This document shows positions 9,405 to 19,316 of a stretch of 64,000 nt of DNA, piece after piece (position 1 is the stretch's first letter; every line of letters begins with the position of its first letter). The DNA is taken from positions 352,001 to 416,000 of the forward strand of contig JBKAGE010000034.1 in the NCBI GenBank assembly GCA_046290225.1, read 5' to 3'. The stretch comes from Bradymonadia bacterium (GTDB lineage Bacteria > Myxococcota_A > Bradymonadia > UBA7976 > UBA1532). The notes below the pieces were generated by a model. That model had not been told where the DNA came from and did not search any database. It saw nothing but the letters and a program-made list of their open reading frames with translations. The position numbers and the translations under genes are program-made.

Positions 9405-11570
9405 TCAGGGTCGGACACACCGAAAATCGTCCGCCGCCATCACCCCATCAGCGCTCTTGTCGATCAGCTCGATCTGTACTTCCCGGCCTCGCAGTGATCG
9501 CGTGTCGAGGCTCACCCGTCGCAGCGCTCGCCCTGAGGGCACCGGCTTGCGGTGAAGCAGCTCCCCATTGGAGAGCAGCCGCACCTCGAGGCCTGGCTTT
9601 CGATCCCCTGCAGCCATCCACGTGAGGCGATCACACTCCAGAGTAAACGGCGCAGACGTCAGGCGACCCGCTTCGTCGGCGCGGTTGCTGACCATCACCC
9701 AGTCTCCCTGTACCCCCGAAACCCTGCCTGAGCGCAGGCGGGCCCGTCGCTTTTGAGCAGGAGCCTCGGAGAAGCCCCCCGAAGCAGTCCAGCCCGTTGT
9801 CTGTCCTGCCTCGAAGTTTCCCGTGATGCCTGGGGCGAGCTCCCGGGGCTCTGGATCTTGCGCCAGCCACAGCTCTGCCGGCCTCACCAGGAAGCCAGTC
9901 TTCGCTCGAAGCACATCTTTGTCGGGCCAGACAAGCCGATCAGCGAGGTAGTACTGGCGACCAAGGCCCGGCACTCGATTGCGCTCATCCACGACCACGG
10001 CAGCCCACTCCTTCTTCCGCAGACGGGGGCCGAGATCTTTGAGGCCCTTCATGAAAGCGACGTCCTGGATGCCCATCTGGTGCGTGTGCACCTGCCCGTC
10101 CCGGGTGTAGGCATAGAATGGGTGTGCGGGCATGAAAACCTTGCCCTTCACCTCCGACAGCTGACGGTCGAGCTGGGCCACAGCCTCGTGATCTGCGCTG
10201 CCCGGCACTTGCTCTGCGGGGTTGTATGCCAGGGCGATGAACTGCAGGGCCAGTGCAGCGGGCACGAGGGCAGTCCACCGATGACTTGAAGGTTGAGGTG
10301 TGCCTTCGGCATCACCTGCTTGGGTCAGATCCCGGACGGCCAGCGCGATCAGGATGCTCCCGAAGACGCTCAAGGGCATGAAGCAGTTGCTGTAGGCCCA
10401 TTGGGTGCTGTGATTGAGCGCGCTCGAGCCTGCACCGGCGACGAACATCCAGAGCCAGAAGCCATGGGTGCGGGGGGCGATAGCCACACCGCGTCGAGCC
10501 ACACGATAGGCCACCAACATCAACACCATCACCGCGGGTGGCACCATGATGAGCCAGTGAGGCTCTACATAGAACAGCTCCCGGTAGTACATGTGAGGCA
10601 TGTCCTTCCAGCCGCTGTTGGCCCGCAAGAACCACGCGTAGGTCCAGTGGGCCGACAGGAGCAGGCTCGGCAGGACGATGGGCACCTTGTATCCAAACCA
10701 CAGCAGTGGGATCAGCAGGAGCACCGGCGCCAGACACAGCACATCTCGCCAGTACTCCATCAAGATGTTCTTCCAATAGAACAAGTGCCCTTGGTGACCC
10801 TCGAAGGTGTACACCCAGAACCAGCCATCAGTGGCCTGGTTGGCCACGTACACACCAAGAGCACCCAGCCCGAAGGCAAGTGCGCCGAACACTACGCCGT
10901 GTCGCCAGTTGCGCCACAGCAAGTACACCGCGATGGCGGGGGTGAACACGCTGGCAGTCTGCTTGGTGAAGAAACCCACCACACACAGCACAGCGGCGAG
11001 GATGACGCCTCGCCATCGCGGCATCGTGTAGGCGACGTACACCGCCCACAGCATGATGGTGATGAACAACGCGTCGGGGCGGACCAGGTCATAGAAGGCC
11101 CCGTTGAGCCGGAAGAGCGAGGCGTAGATGCCCATGGCCAGCAAGCCGAAGCGCACCCCAGCCTCCCGACGGCCGATGAGGAACAAACAGTAGAACGTCG
11201 ACAACGTCGCCGCGAGGGAGACGAGCCGGCCCAACGTGAAGGATAGTCCCCCAGTGATCTGGGACAGACCCCACAACGTGATCGGATACCCCGGTGTGTA
11301 GAAAAATGGCACGAAGTCAGCGCTGGGCTCGGCGTAGATCGGCTGGCCCGAGGCGAGGCGGGCGGCGTGGGCCAGCATGCCCCCCTCCATCCACTCCACC
11401 TCGAAGGGGTAGAACACCCTGATCAAGGCGACGACCACGAAGATCACCACATAGATCAGCCCCATGGTCACGGCGACGTCGAGCAGGCGCCGAGTGATGG
11501 GGGGCGTGTTGAACGGCTCAGTCACGGCAGCTCGCGTCAACGGAGGCTCCAGTGAGGTTGATGTCTGCAT
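9405..11570 (-). CDS. GT-C fold (ArnT/PMT-like) membrane glycosyltransferase with C-terminal beta-sandwich domain
   Basis: About 12 TM segments with EWMEGG, FYTPGYP, GRLVS, RPD and FFTKQT motifs. The start (MQTSTS) is uncertain; the ORF extends to 11642. Confidence 0.75.
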   Translation of the reverse strand: MQTSTSLEPPLTRAAVTEPFNTPPITRRLLDVAVTMGLIYVVIFVVVALIRVFYPFEVEWMEGGMLAHAARLASGQPIYAEPSADFVPFFYTPGYPITLWGLSQITGGLSFTLGRLVSLAATLSTFYCLFLIGRREAGVRFGLLAMGIYASLFRLNGAFYDLVRPDALFITIMLWAVYVAYTMPRWRGVILAAVLCVVGFFTKQTASVFTPAIAVYLLWRNWRHGVVFGALAFGLGALGVYVANQATDGWFWVYTFEGHQGHLFYWKNILMEYWRDVLCLAPVLLLIPLLWFGYKVPIVLPSLLLSAHWTYAWFLRANSGWKDMPHMYYRELFYVEPHWLIMVPPAVMVLMLVAYRVARRGVAIAPRTHGFWLWMFVAGAGSSALNHSTQWAYSNCFMPLSVFGSILIALAVRDLTQAGDAEGTPQPSSHRWTALVPAALALQFIALAYNPAEQVPGSADHEAVAQLDRQLSEVKGKVFMPAHPFYAYTRDGQVHTHQMGIQDVAFMKGLKDLGPRLRKKEWAAVVVDERNRVPGLGRQYYLADRLVWPDKDVLRAKTGFLVRPAELWLAQDPEPRELAPGITGNFEAGQTTGWTASGGFSEAPAQKRRARLRSGRVSGVQGDWVMVSNRADEAGRLTSAPFTLECDRLTWMAAGDRKPGLEVRLLSNGELLHRKPVPSGRALRRVSLDTRSLRGREVQIELIDKSADGVMAADDFRCVRP

Positions 11571-11652
11571 CGGCGGATGCGCTGCCTGCGCAGCGCCGAG
11601 ACAGGGGGCAAAGTTTGCGGCCCGGCAGTATATAGCGTTCATTCATCTGGAG

Positions 11653-13605
11653 ATGACCAGAAACCGCCCATTGTCCTGTCTCGCTGGAGGCCTCTGCGCC
11701 GGTCTCACCGTCGCGACGCTACATCTCGTGTGGCTCCTCGAGGCGCTGCCCGATGCGCTTCTGAGCCACGAACGGGCTCTGGCAGGTGCCTATGCCCTCG
11801 TACCGCTCCTCACGGTGGCCCTGCTCGTGGGCGGCGCGCTCCAGGGGGTGTGGTGGGCTCGACACCGACTGGCTGATGGCGGGCGACGATGGTTATCCCG
11901 GCTGCTCTGGGGCGCCTCGGCTCTGGCTGTATCGACGCCCGTGGCCTTGTCTCTCGGTGACCGCCTTCAGCCTGTGCTGGCCCACCCGGGAGGCTGGCCG
12001 GCGCTTCAACTGTTGCTCATCTGCGGGCTCGCCCTGCCCTGGGCGTGGGCCCTGAGTAAAATCCCAGCCTCACTGGCTTCGATCTCGAGTGTCTACCTGA
12101 GCCGGCGTCTGCCCTTCGTCGTCGCGGGCATATGTATCGTGGGGGGCCATGGCCTTGTGCATCACCTGCACAGCGTCCCCCAGGTCCAGCGGGCCCTGCT
12201 CGAGCACGCGCCGGGCTTCTCGGGCCTCGCCCTGGCGCTTCAGCCTCTCTTCGATGGCGATGGTGACGGCTTCGCTGATCGTTTTGGCGGAGGAGACTGT
12301 GACGATGGCGATCCGAATGTGCACCCCAGCGCCCGGGAGATCCCGGGGAATGGTGTGGACGAGGATTGCTTCGGCGGTGACGCTCCGATCCTGCGCGCTC
12401 CGGAGCCCGAGGTGGCCGCGCCAGCACACCCCGACACCTTTCCCCCCGTGGAGCAACCCAACCTCGTCCTCATCACCGTCGACACGCTGCGACCTGATGC
12501 CCTCGGCGCCTATGGCAACACCTTGGGGCACACCCCGCACCTCGACGCCCTCGCCCACGGCGGGCTGCAGTTCGACTGGGCCTTCGCCCAGGGGCCACAG
12601 ACCAAGGCCTCCGTGCCATCGATGTTCACGGGCGTCTACTTCTCCGAAGTCGATCGAACGCCTGACGCCTGGGCCCGGACCTATGAGACGCACACCACCA
12701 TCGCCGAGCACCTGAAGTCTGCGGGGTACACCACCGCGGGCGTGCCCTGTCACCGCTTCTTCTTGCCCCGGTATGGGCTGGACCAGGGCTTCGACCACTG
12801 GGATCTCTCTGTGGTACGCGCCCACAACCAGGATGTGGTGCATCACATCACTGGGGGGGAGATCACCGAGCGAGCTTTGACGTGGTTGGAGAGCGATGCT
12901 GCTCGGGAGAAGCCGTTCTTCTTGTGGCTGCACTACTTCGACCCACACCACTTCTACCAGGACCACGAGACCATCGAAGGTTTTGGCGCGGATGATCAGG
13001 GTCGATACGCGGAAGAGGTGGCCTACACCGATCAGCAAATCGGTGCGTTGATGCAGGCCCTCTCAGCGCCTCCCTTCGCCGATCGCACCTATGTGATGGT
13101 GCACAGCGATCACAGCGAGGCCTTTCACGACCATGGGTACCGCTATCATGGGGCCCACCTCTACAACGATCAGATCAGGGTGCCTCTGTTGCTGTGGGGG
13201 CCAGGCCTCCAGGGTCACGTGGTGGATCAGCCCGTGGCTCTGCTCGACGTGATGCCCACCCTGCTCGCCCTCGCAGGGGCGCCACCAGAGGTACGGGCGA
13301 GAGGTCGCTCTTTGTTGGGGCACCGCGTGGGCTCGCCTCGGCAGCCTCCGCCCCGACCGATCTTCTCGGAGATGGTCAAAGACGCCACCCACAGCGCCCG
13401 GCGAGTCATCGTCGAGTGGCCCTGGAAGCTGCACTACAGCATCACCTACGACCACTATGCGCTCTTCGACCTGAGCGCAGATCCGAAGGAGCAGACGGAC
13501 GTACTCGAGGCGCACCCTGACGTCGCCGAGGCCTTGAAGCGCCGGCTACGACGTTGGATGAGTCAGGAGGTTGAGCGGGCCATGCCACGATGGCCTCAGA
13601 AGTGA
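11653..13605 (+). CDS. Membrane-anchored sulfatase-like (alkaline phosphatase superfamily) protein with MopE-like Cys/Asp motif
   Basis: N-terminal TMs, DCDDGDPNVHPSAREIPGNGVDEDC, NLVLITVDTLRPD, WLHYFDPH and SDHSE. Thr occupies the nucleophile position (GPQTKAS). Confidence 0.85.
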   Translation: MTRNRPLSCLAGGLCAGLTVATLHLVWLLEALPDALLSHERALAGAYALVPLLTVALLVGGALQGVWWARHRLADGGRRWLSRLLWGASALAVSTPVALSLGDRLQPVLAHPGGWPALQLLLICGLALPWAWALSKIPASLASISSVYLSRRLPFVVAGICIVGGHGLVHHLHSVPQVQRALLEHAPGFSGLALALQPLFDGDGDGFADRFGGGDCDDGDPNVHPSAREIPGNGVDEDCFGGDAPILRAPEPEVAAPAHPDTFPPVEQPNLVLITVDTLRPDALGAYGNTLGHTPHLDALAHGGLQFDWAFAQGPQTKASVPSMFTGVYFSEVDRTPDAWARTYETHTTIAEHLKSAGYTTAGVPCHRFFLPRYGLDQGFDHWDLSVVRAHNQDVVHHITGGEITERALTWLESDAAREKPFFLWLHYFDPHHFYQDHETIEGFGADDQGRYAEEVAYTDQQIGALMQALSAPPFADRTYVMVHSDHSEAFHDHGYRYHGAHLYNDQIRVPLLLWGPGLQGHVVDQPVALLDVMPTLLALAGAPPEVRARGRSLLGHRVGSPRQPPPRPIFSEMVKDATHSARRVIVEWPWKLHYSITYDHYALFDLSADPKEQTDVLEAHPDVAEALKRRLRRWMSQEVERAMPRWPQK

Positions 13606-13617
13606 CAGATGACAGCT

Positions 13618-14295
13618 CTACAGCGCCGCCGCCCTGGCAAAGAGACTCTTCCCCACTCTGTGCCACCCCAGGGGGCGCGCCTCTCGAGCGGCCGGGCGTG
13701 CCTCGATGCGGTCCACGTAGGCCTGGAGTCGGGGCCATCGCTCACCGAGGATGAGCCCTCTTCGGATTTGATATCCCAAGGCCGGATAGAAGACACAGTC
13801 GGCGAGGGTGAGTGCTGGCCCGGCGATCCAAGGGTGCTCTTCGAGATGACTGGACCAGATGCTCAGCTCCTGAGCCACCCTGGCCGGCGCCGCCCGGGCT
13901 GCCTCGATTTGCTCAGACGACAACGACGACTGTTGGAGGAACAATGCTTCCAGGGGTCGATACGCCATGCGCAGACGCTCCACCTCGTACATGCGCTGGA
14001 GCATCAGTGCCATGGCCGGGCCCTCGGGACACAACGACGTCTCCGGCCGGCTGGCCTCCAGCCAGTGCAAGATGGCCATGGACTCACACACCGTCGTGCC
14101 GTCAGGCTCCACCCAGACCGGTGCCTGTCCTCTGGGGTTGATGGCCAGAAACTCAGGGCTGCGCGTCTCCCGGGTCGAGCCCATGACTTTGAGACGCCGG
14201 CTCTCGTACTCCACCCCCCGCAGGTGGCACGCCAGCATCACCTGCCAGCTCGGGATGGAGCCGTTGATCCAGTAAAGAGTGGGTCGCTCACTCAC
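13618..14295 (-). CDS. Glutathione S-transferase family protein
   Basis: LYWINGSIPSW, FLAINPRGQAP, ESMAILHWLE and WIAGPALTLAD. The GTG start overlaps the upstream gene's end. Confidence 0.88.
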   Translation of the reverse strand: MSERPTLYWINGSIPSWQVMLACHLRGVEYESRRLKVMGSTRETRSPEFLAINPRGQAPVWVEPDGTTVCESMAILHWLEASRPETSLCPEGPAMALMLQRMYEVERLRMAYRPLEALFLQQSSLSSEQIEAARAAPARVAQELSIWSSHLEEHPWIAGPALTLADCVFYPALGYQIRRGLILGERWPRLQAYVDRIEARPAAREARPLGWHRVGKSLFARAAAL

Positions 14296-15718
14296 GAGGG
14301 CGCCCCATATCGAGGATGTCGAACCCCTGACCGTACTCTGCGTCCCAGTCGAAGTCTGGCGTACGATTCTCAAGGCCAAAGGCACGACTGAGTTGGTCAC
14401 GCTGCACCGCCCAGGGCCGGCCTTCGAAACCCGGCTTGGGGGCACCCTGGCCGGAGATCGAGCCGTCCGCCTCGATGAAGGTGGAGACGGTTCGGAAGGT
14501 GAGGCTGATGCGGGCGCCGCCCTGAATCAGGGCCGAGGCGGGGCGCTCACCTTCAGTCCGTTTGTCGGGTTTGATGCCGTGTTGAAACAGGCGGTTGGTT
14601 CGCCAGCCCAGAACAAAGAGCGAGTTGTGAGGCATTTCCACCTGACGGGTGGCACCGCTGGCCTTGTCTTTGAGCACCATCATACGTGTGGCGCCGAGGC
14701 TCAGGTTCACCACCGCGCTCCCCCGCTCGATGTCGAGGGTTTTGTCGGCGTGCACCCCGATGTGGCTGTAGCCGTCAGGGTAGAGCTGAATCAACGCGTG
14801 ATTGAGCCGCTGTCCGAGACGTCGCTCAGCAGCGATCTTGAGCTTCTCCACTGTGGGCGTCCAGGGCGTGAGGACGGGCTGCTCGTCTGCAGGATGACGG
14901 TAGAGGGGCGTACGATCGTGCTCCACAGTGGCCTGGATCGCCATACGTCGGGGGACGGGGCTGCCACGGTGCACCATGTCCTGCCAGTCGATCTCGGCCA
15001 TGAGATCGTCAAAGGCCGTCTCTGCCAGATCTGACGAGAGCACCCCGTACATCACCGCACTGTCGCCGGCGCCGATCCCCGACCGATCTGCACCCCACTG
15101 GCCGAGCAGCTCCGCGGAGGAGATCAATTGTCCATAGTGTGTGCCGATGGCAGTGAGCCCGCGATGATGCCGGTTGGGCGTCGTGGCACCGATACAGTCG
15201 GCGATCGCCACCACCTCATACCCGAGGAAGAACGCATCGGCGGCGGTGGCTTGCACGCACACGTTGGCCACCACACCGGTGATGAAGACCCGCTTCACTC
15301 CAGCCGCTCGCAGCGCGTCGTGGAGCGTCGTTTCAGTAAAGGCAGAGTACCTGTCTTTGACGATCTGTCGGTCTTCCGGTGCGACCAGCTCTGCAGCAGG
15401 TGGCCAGAGCTCGGCCCCCTCTGAGTCGGGGCGGCAACACGGACGACCCGCATGACCGCTGGCGAGGTAGTCGTCGTTCTGCGGCACCCCTTTCGCCCAC
15501 GCCTCTTCAGGCCGAGGCGGCCGAACGGGTGGAGGTGCCTCCACACGCTCAGGGTAGTGGCTGGAGACCCAGAAGATCGCCATGCCTCGGCGTCGGGCCT
15601 CAGGCAGCACGGCGCCCAGGGACTCCACGAGGGCGTCGCCAGGCACTGGCCGCTTGAACATACGCTCTGCTTCGAGAAAATCTCTTTGCAGATCAATGAT
15701 GATGATGGCGTCGCTCAT
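14288..15718 (-). CDS. Isochorismatase (cysteine hydrolase) fused to an AlkB-like 2OG-Fe(II) dioxygenase
   Basis: IIIDLQRDF, KDRYSAF and GVVANVCV (Asp-Lys-Cys triad), then HADK (HxD), FQHGI and RISLTFR. GGAGG RBS before ATG 15718. Confidence 0.9.
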   Translation of the reverse strand: MSDAIIIIDLQRDFLEAERMFKRPVPGDALVESLGAVLPEARRRGMAIFWVSSHYPERVEAPPPVRPPRPEEAWAKGVPQNDDYLASGHAGRPCCRPDSEGAELWPPAAELVAPEDRQIVKDRYSAFTETTLHDALRAAGVKRVFITGVVANVCVQATAADAFFLGYEVVAIADCIGATTPNRHHRGLTAIGTHYGQLISSAELLGQWGADRSGIGAGDSAVMYGVLSSDLAETAFDDLMAEIDWQDMVHRGSPVPRRMAIQATVEHDRTPLYRHPADEQPVLTPWTPTVEKLKIAAERRLGQRLNHALIQLYPDGYSHIGVHADKTLDIERGSAVVNLSLGATRMMVLKDKASGATRQVEMPHNSLFVLGWRTNRLFQHGIKPDKRTEGERPASALIQGGARISLTFRTVSTFIEADGSISGQGAPKPGFEGRPWAVQRDQLSRAFGLENRTPDFDWDAEYGQGFDILDMGRPRE

Positions 15719-15826
15719 GACTTCGTCCTCCTGGCAGCGAAAAATATCATCATTCTTTTCGAATCGGTGTCCCATGATGCGCAGCCGACGTGTCTCCACA
15801 CTGTGACCACCACGGGAGCATGGTTC

Positions 15827-17584
15827 ATGGGCCGATCACTGTTGACATCCAGCACCTCGCCAGTGGCCAGAGCATTGCCATCGACGTCGTGGCTGAGCCC
15901 ACTGTCCCTGGCGCTGTGCGCCAGCCTCTGGCTGGCGTCCATGGCCCAGGCCCGTGAGGTCAACGAGGCCGCAGATCAACTGCCCATCGCTGAGCGGTAT
16001 GCCCTGGTGGTGGGGCACAACCAGCCCGGCCCTGGTCAATCTGCGCTGCGCTATGCCGAGCAGGACGCCGAAGCCTTCGCTGATGTCCTCACCACGCTCG
16101 GTGGGTTCCCCGAGGATCGCGTGATGCTGTTGCGGCAGCCCACAGCGGCGAAGGTTCGAGCGGCGTTGAGCCATCTCGAAGCCGAGGTGGGCGCTCAACA
16201 CGATCGAGGGGCCCGAACTCTGGTGACGTTCTACTATTCAGGTCACGCCCGCCGTGATCGCCTCGACCTCGGGGCTGATCCCCTGCCCCTCGAGGAGCTG
16301 CGGGCCAGCCTGGAGGGCCTCGAGGCCACAGTGACGCTGGTGGTGCTCGATGCATGCCGCAGCGGTTCGTTCTCCCGGGCCAAGGGGGCCACCGCAGTGG
16401 CCGACTTCGGGTTCGACCGCGCCCGGCAGCTGGACACTCGAGGGTTGGCGGTGATGGCCTCCAGCGCGGCGGAGGAGCTGAGCCAGGAGTCCGAGCGCCT
16501 ACAAGGCTCGTTCTTCACCCATCACTTGCTCGCTGCTCTCCGTGGCGCCGGCGACACCGATACAGATGGTCGAGTGTCCCTGCGAGAGGCCTACACATAT
16601 GCCTACAACCAGACCTTGGTGAGCACGGCTCAGACTGCCATCGGCCAACAGCATGTCTCCTTCGAAACAGGCCTCGAAGGCCGCGGCGCTCTGTGGCTCA
16701 CTGCGCCAGGTGAGAACGGCAGTCAGCTCGTGCTCCCCTCTGACCTCGCTGGTGAAGCCCTCGTCACCCACCAGGGCCCCTCGGGCACCACAGTGATCGC
16801 CGAGCTGCACCGGCCTCAGAATGGTGCTGTCAGCCTCGCGGTGAGCCCAGGTCGGTACCAGACGCTCCTGCGTCAGGGGGATCAAATCGGCACCTGTGTC
16901 ACCACAGTGGCCCCTGGAGCGCGGCAGAGCGTCTCCCCAGCACAGTGTGCCTTCGGCCCGGTCACAGCCACCGTGGACAAGGGGGCCCTCGGCGCTGAGG
17001 GGACGGATACGCCTTCGCGCAGATGGTCCGTGGAAGTCGCCCTTGGCCTCGCCGACACCCAAGACTCGCCTTACACCGATCGACTGCGAGATTTCGACTA
17101 TCACCGACAGGACGCCCTCTTCGATCTCGTGCCCCGCTATGTGGTGGGTGCTGGCTATCAGCTCGACGATGTGTGGAGCGTGCATCTCACGGGTCGAAAC
17201 CTCGGCCAGGCACGATGGCGAATTCATGCTGATGGCGCTGACGACGTCGACACCAATGGCGATACCGACTTCACGTTCAACACATTGGCTCTCACCGTAC
17301 ACCTGCGTCGACAGGTGAACCTCTTCGATGGGCGCCTGGTGCCCTATGTGCAAGCTGGAGCCGGACCCGCCCTGGCGTGGAGTCGCCTCGAGAACAGCCC
17401 CATCGAATATCACGGCGGTTTTGCGCTGATGGGTGGTGCGGGCGTGCAGCTGATGCCGTGGGACGTCCTCGGGGGCTTCGTGGAGTTCTCCTGGAGCTAC
17501 GCGCCGGTCATGGAAAACCTCATCGGCGATACCCACGATCACGGTGGTCGCGCCTTCATCTTCGGCCTGAGAGGAGCCCTCTGA
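15827..17584 (+). CDS. Secreted caspase-like peptidase (C14) with C-terminal outer-membrane beta-barrel-like domain
   Basis: RYALVVGHN, LRYAEQDA, YYSGHA (His) and LDACRSG (Cys), SFFTHHLLAALRGAGD. C-terminal alternating beta strands end in FGLRGAL. Confidence 0.88.
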   Translation: MGRSLLTSSTSPVARALPSTSWLSPLSLALCASLWLASMAQAREVNEAADQLPIAERYALVVGHNQPGPGQSALRYAEQDAEAFADVLTTLGGFPEDRVMLLRQPTAAKVRAALSHLEAEVGAQHDRGARTLVTFYYSGHARRDRLDLGADPLPLEELRASLEGLEATVTLVVLDACRSGSFSRAKGATAVADFGFDRARQLDTRGLAVMASSAAEELSQESERLQGSFFTHHLLAALRGAGDTDTDGRVSLREAYTYAYNQTLVSTAQTAIGQQHVSFETGLEGRGALWLTAPGENGSQLVLPSDLAGEALVTHQGPSGTTVIAELHRPQNGAVSLAVSPGRYQTLLRQGDQIGTCVTTVAPGARQSVSPAQCAFGPVTATVDKGALGAEGTDTPSRRWSVEVALGLADTQDSPYTDRLRDFDYHRQDALFDLVPRYVVGAGYQLDDVWSVHLTGRNLGQARWRIHADGADDVDTNGDTDFTFNTLALTVHLRRQVNLFDGRLVPYVQAGAGPALAWSRLENSPIEYHGGFALMGGAGVQLMPWDVLGGFVEFSWSYAPVMENLIGDTHDHGGRAFIFGLRGAL

Positions 17585-18117
17585 TGTGGAACAGTACCCG
17601 TAAAATCTGCGCCCTGGCCCTCGTAGCCCCCATGTTGATGGGCAACACGTGTGATGCGCTGCTCAACGACGATCCCTTCTTCGAAGCCTGGTGCGGCGAG
17701 TCACTGTGTGACTGGACGGTGGAGGCAGGCACCGTGCGCAAGGTGTCCACCTGGCACAGCGCAGATCACGGCGTCGCCCTCGATGGACCCCAGGTGGCCA
17801 TCAGCCAGATCTTTGAAGAGCGCGATGTGGACTGCCTCTTCATCGATCTGCTCACAGACGTCAGCCCAGGTGCCAATGTCGAGCTGCTCGTCGACTTCGG
17901 CCTCGATGGGGATGTCGACGTGCGGCACGCCATCGACGGACGTGATTGGAACGAGGTGAACTACTACATCACCCCTCCGGCGCCGGATGCTTCAGGGAAA
18001 ACGGCCATGAAGCTGACCATCGAGAAGACCGGCGATGCCCGAGCAGTCCTCGGCCGCATCGCGCTGTACGACACCGCCCGAGAGCACTGTACGGCACCGC
18101 CGACGGAGACTGACTGA
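17584..18117 (+). CDS. Putative lipoprotein with carbohydrate-binding-like beta-sandwich
   Basis: TGATG coupling to the caspase gene. Signal peptide with a Cys (LMGNTC). Confidence 0.6.
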   Translation: MWNSTRKICALALVAPMLMGNTCDALLNDDPFFEAWCGESLCDWTVEAGTVRKVSTWHSADHGVALDGPQVAISQIFEERDVDCLFIDLLTDVSPGANVELLVDFGLDGDVDVRHAIDGRDWNEVNYYITPPAPDASGKTAMKLTIEKTGDARAVLGRIALYDTAREHCTAPPTETD

Positions 18118-18120
18118 GCC

Positions 18121-18600
18121 GTGGAGATCTACGCGCTGTACGGCCCGGCGTTGGTGCGCAAGGCCACCCGGATCCTGCACAGCGAAGACGACGCTCGAGA
18201 TGTGGTGCAGGGGCTGTTCCTCGATCTGCTGAAGAAGCGAAAGACCGAGGCCACCCTGCCCTACCTCTATCAGGCCATCACGCGCCGTTGCCTGAACCAT
18301 CTGCGGGACACGCGCAATCGGCAGCGGCTGCTCGACGCCCATGGCGACATGCTCACGCCTTCAGGGGCGTCCACCCTTGAGGGGCGCACCCTCGACCGGG
18401 CCCTCATCGTGGCCCTTGCCCAACGCCTCGATCGAAAACGGTTCGAAGTGATGGTGCACCGCTACATCGACGAGATGGGGGTCGAGGAGATCGCCCAGCT
18501 CACGGGTCGCAGCCGGAAGACCATCGGCCGCTGGCTCAGCCAGATCACCCAGGAAGCCCGGCGCCTCGCCGCTGAGTCTGCAGGAGACGACCATGCATGA
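18121..18600 (+). CDS. ECF RNA polymerase sigma factor
   Basis: Region 2 (DARDVVQGLFL...YLYQAITRRCLNHLRD) and region 4 (MGVEEIAQLTGRSRKTIGRWL). Confidence 0.9.
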   Translation: MEIYALYGPALVRKATRILHSEDDARDVVQGLFLDLLKKRKTEATLPYLYQAITRRCLNHLRDTRNRQRLLDAHGDMLTPSGASTLEGRTLDRALIVALAQRLDRKRFEVMVHRYIDEMGVEEIAQLTGRSRKTIGRWLSQITQEARRLAAESAGDDHA

Positions 18601-19240
18601 GCCCATCAGCTGGCTGACCCTGGAACGGTATCACCTCGGCGAGCTCGACCCTTCAGAGGCCACGGCGCTGCAGGCGAAGATCGAGGTCGATCCGACGCTC
18701 GCTGCTCGACTCGCACAGATCGAGGCAGGCACTTCACTGAAGCCGCTCCCGGTTCAGAATGCACCACAGCCCACGTGGACGATGTGGAAGTGGGCGCTCC
18801 CCATCGCCGCAGTTGCAGCCGTCGCAGTGGCCGTGTTGCCTGGCAAGTCAGTGGTCCCACCTGGGTACATCGGTGCCAAAGGTGGAGAGCCTTTGTCTCT
18901 CACCCTGGTGGCCCAAAGGGGCGATCAGTATGTGCCCATCTCTCACCAATTTACCCCTGATGACGTGCTCAAGGTGCAGGTGACCTGCGCTCCGCCTGAC
19001 CAGGAGCGCGTTCAGGTGGTGGTCTTCCAAGAGGACGGAGCCAGCTTCCCTTATCCTGAGCCGCCAGAGGTTCAATGCGGGAACGCAGTTTTGTTGCCCG
19101 GCGCTTTTAGAATCGACCCTGCCGAAGCCAGGGTGTGCGCGCTGCTCTCGGCAGACCATGTCGACCGAGCCCGTTTCCTCTCTGATGGGGTGAAGGCTCT
19201 CCCCGCCCACGCACAGTGCATAACGATCGCCCCATTGTGA
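18593..19240 (+). CDS. Putative transmembrane anti-sigma factor (myxobacterial ActD/DUF4384-like)
   Basis: Overlaps the sigma stop. N-terminal WLTLERYHLGEL, one TM, then a periplasmic KGG..L.L domain. Confidence 0.7.
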   Translation: MHEPISWLTLERYHLGELDPSEATALQAKIEVDPTLAARLAQIEAGTSLKPLPVQNAPQPTWTMWKWALPIAAVAAVAVAVLPGKSVVPPGYIGAKGGEPLSLTLVAQRGDQYVPISHQFTPDDVLKVQVTCAPPDQERVQVVVFQEDGASFPYPEPPEVQCGNAVLLPGAFRIDPAEARVCALLSADHVDRARFLSDGVKALPAHAQCITIAPL

Positions 19241-19316
19241 ACCTCGACACAGTCGATGCTGTGAACCGCCGTTGACGCCCCGTCGAATCCCGCCTGAAAA
19301 CTGGCCTTTTCAGATC

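Noticed and set aside
15719..15799. N-terminal extension ETRRLRIMG resembling ESRRLKVMG of the neighbouring GST
   Set aside because: The match is only about 9 residues, a strong RBS supports the downstream ATG at 15718, and the similarity does not clearly extend. Probably chance.
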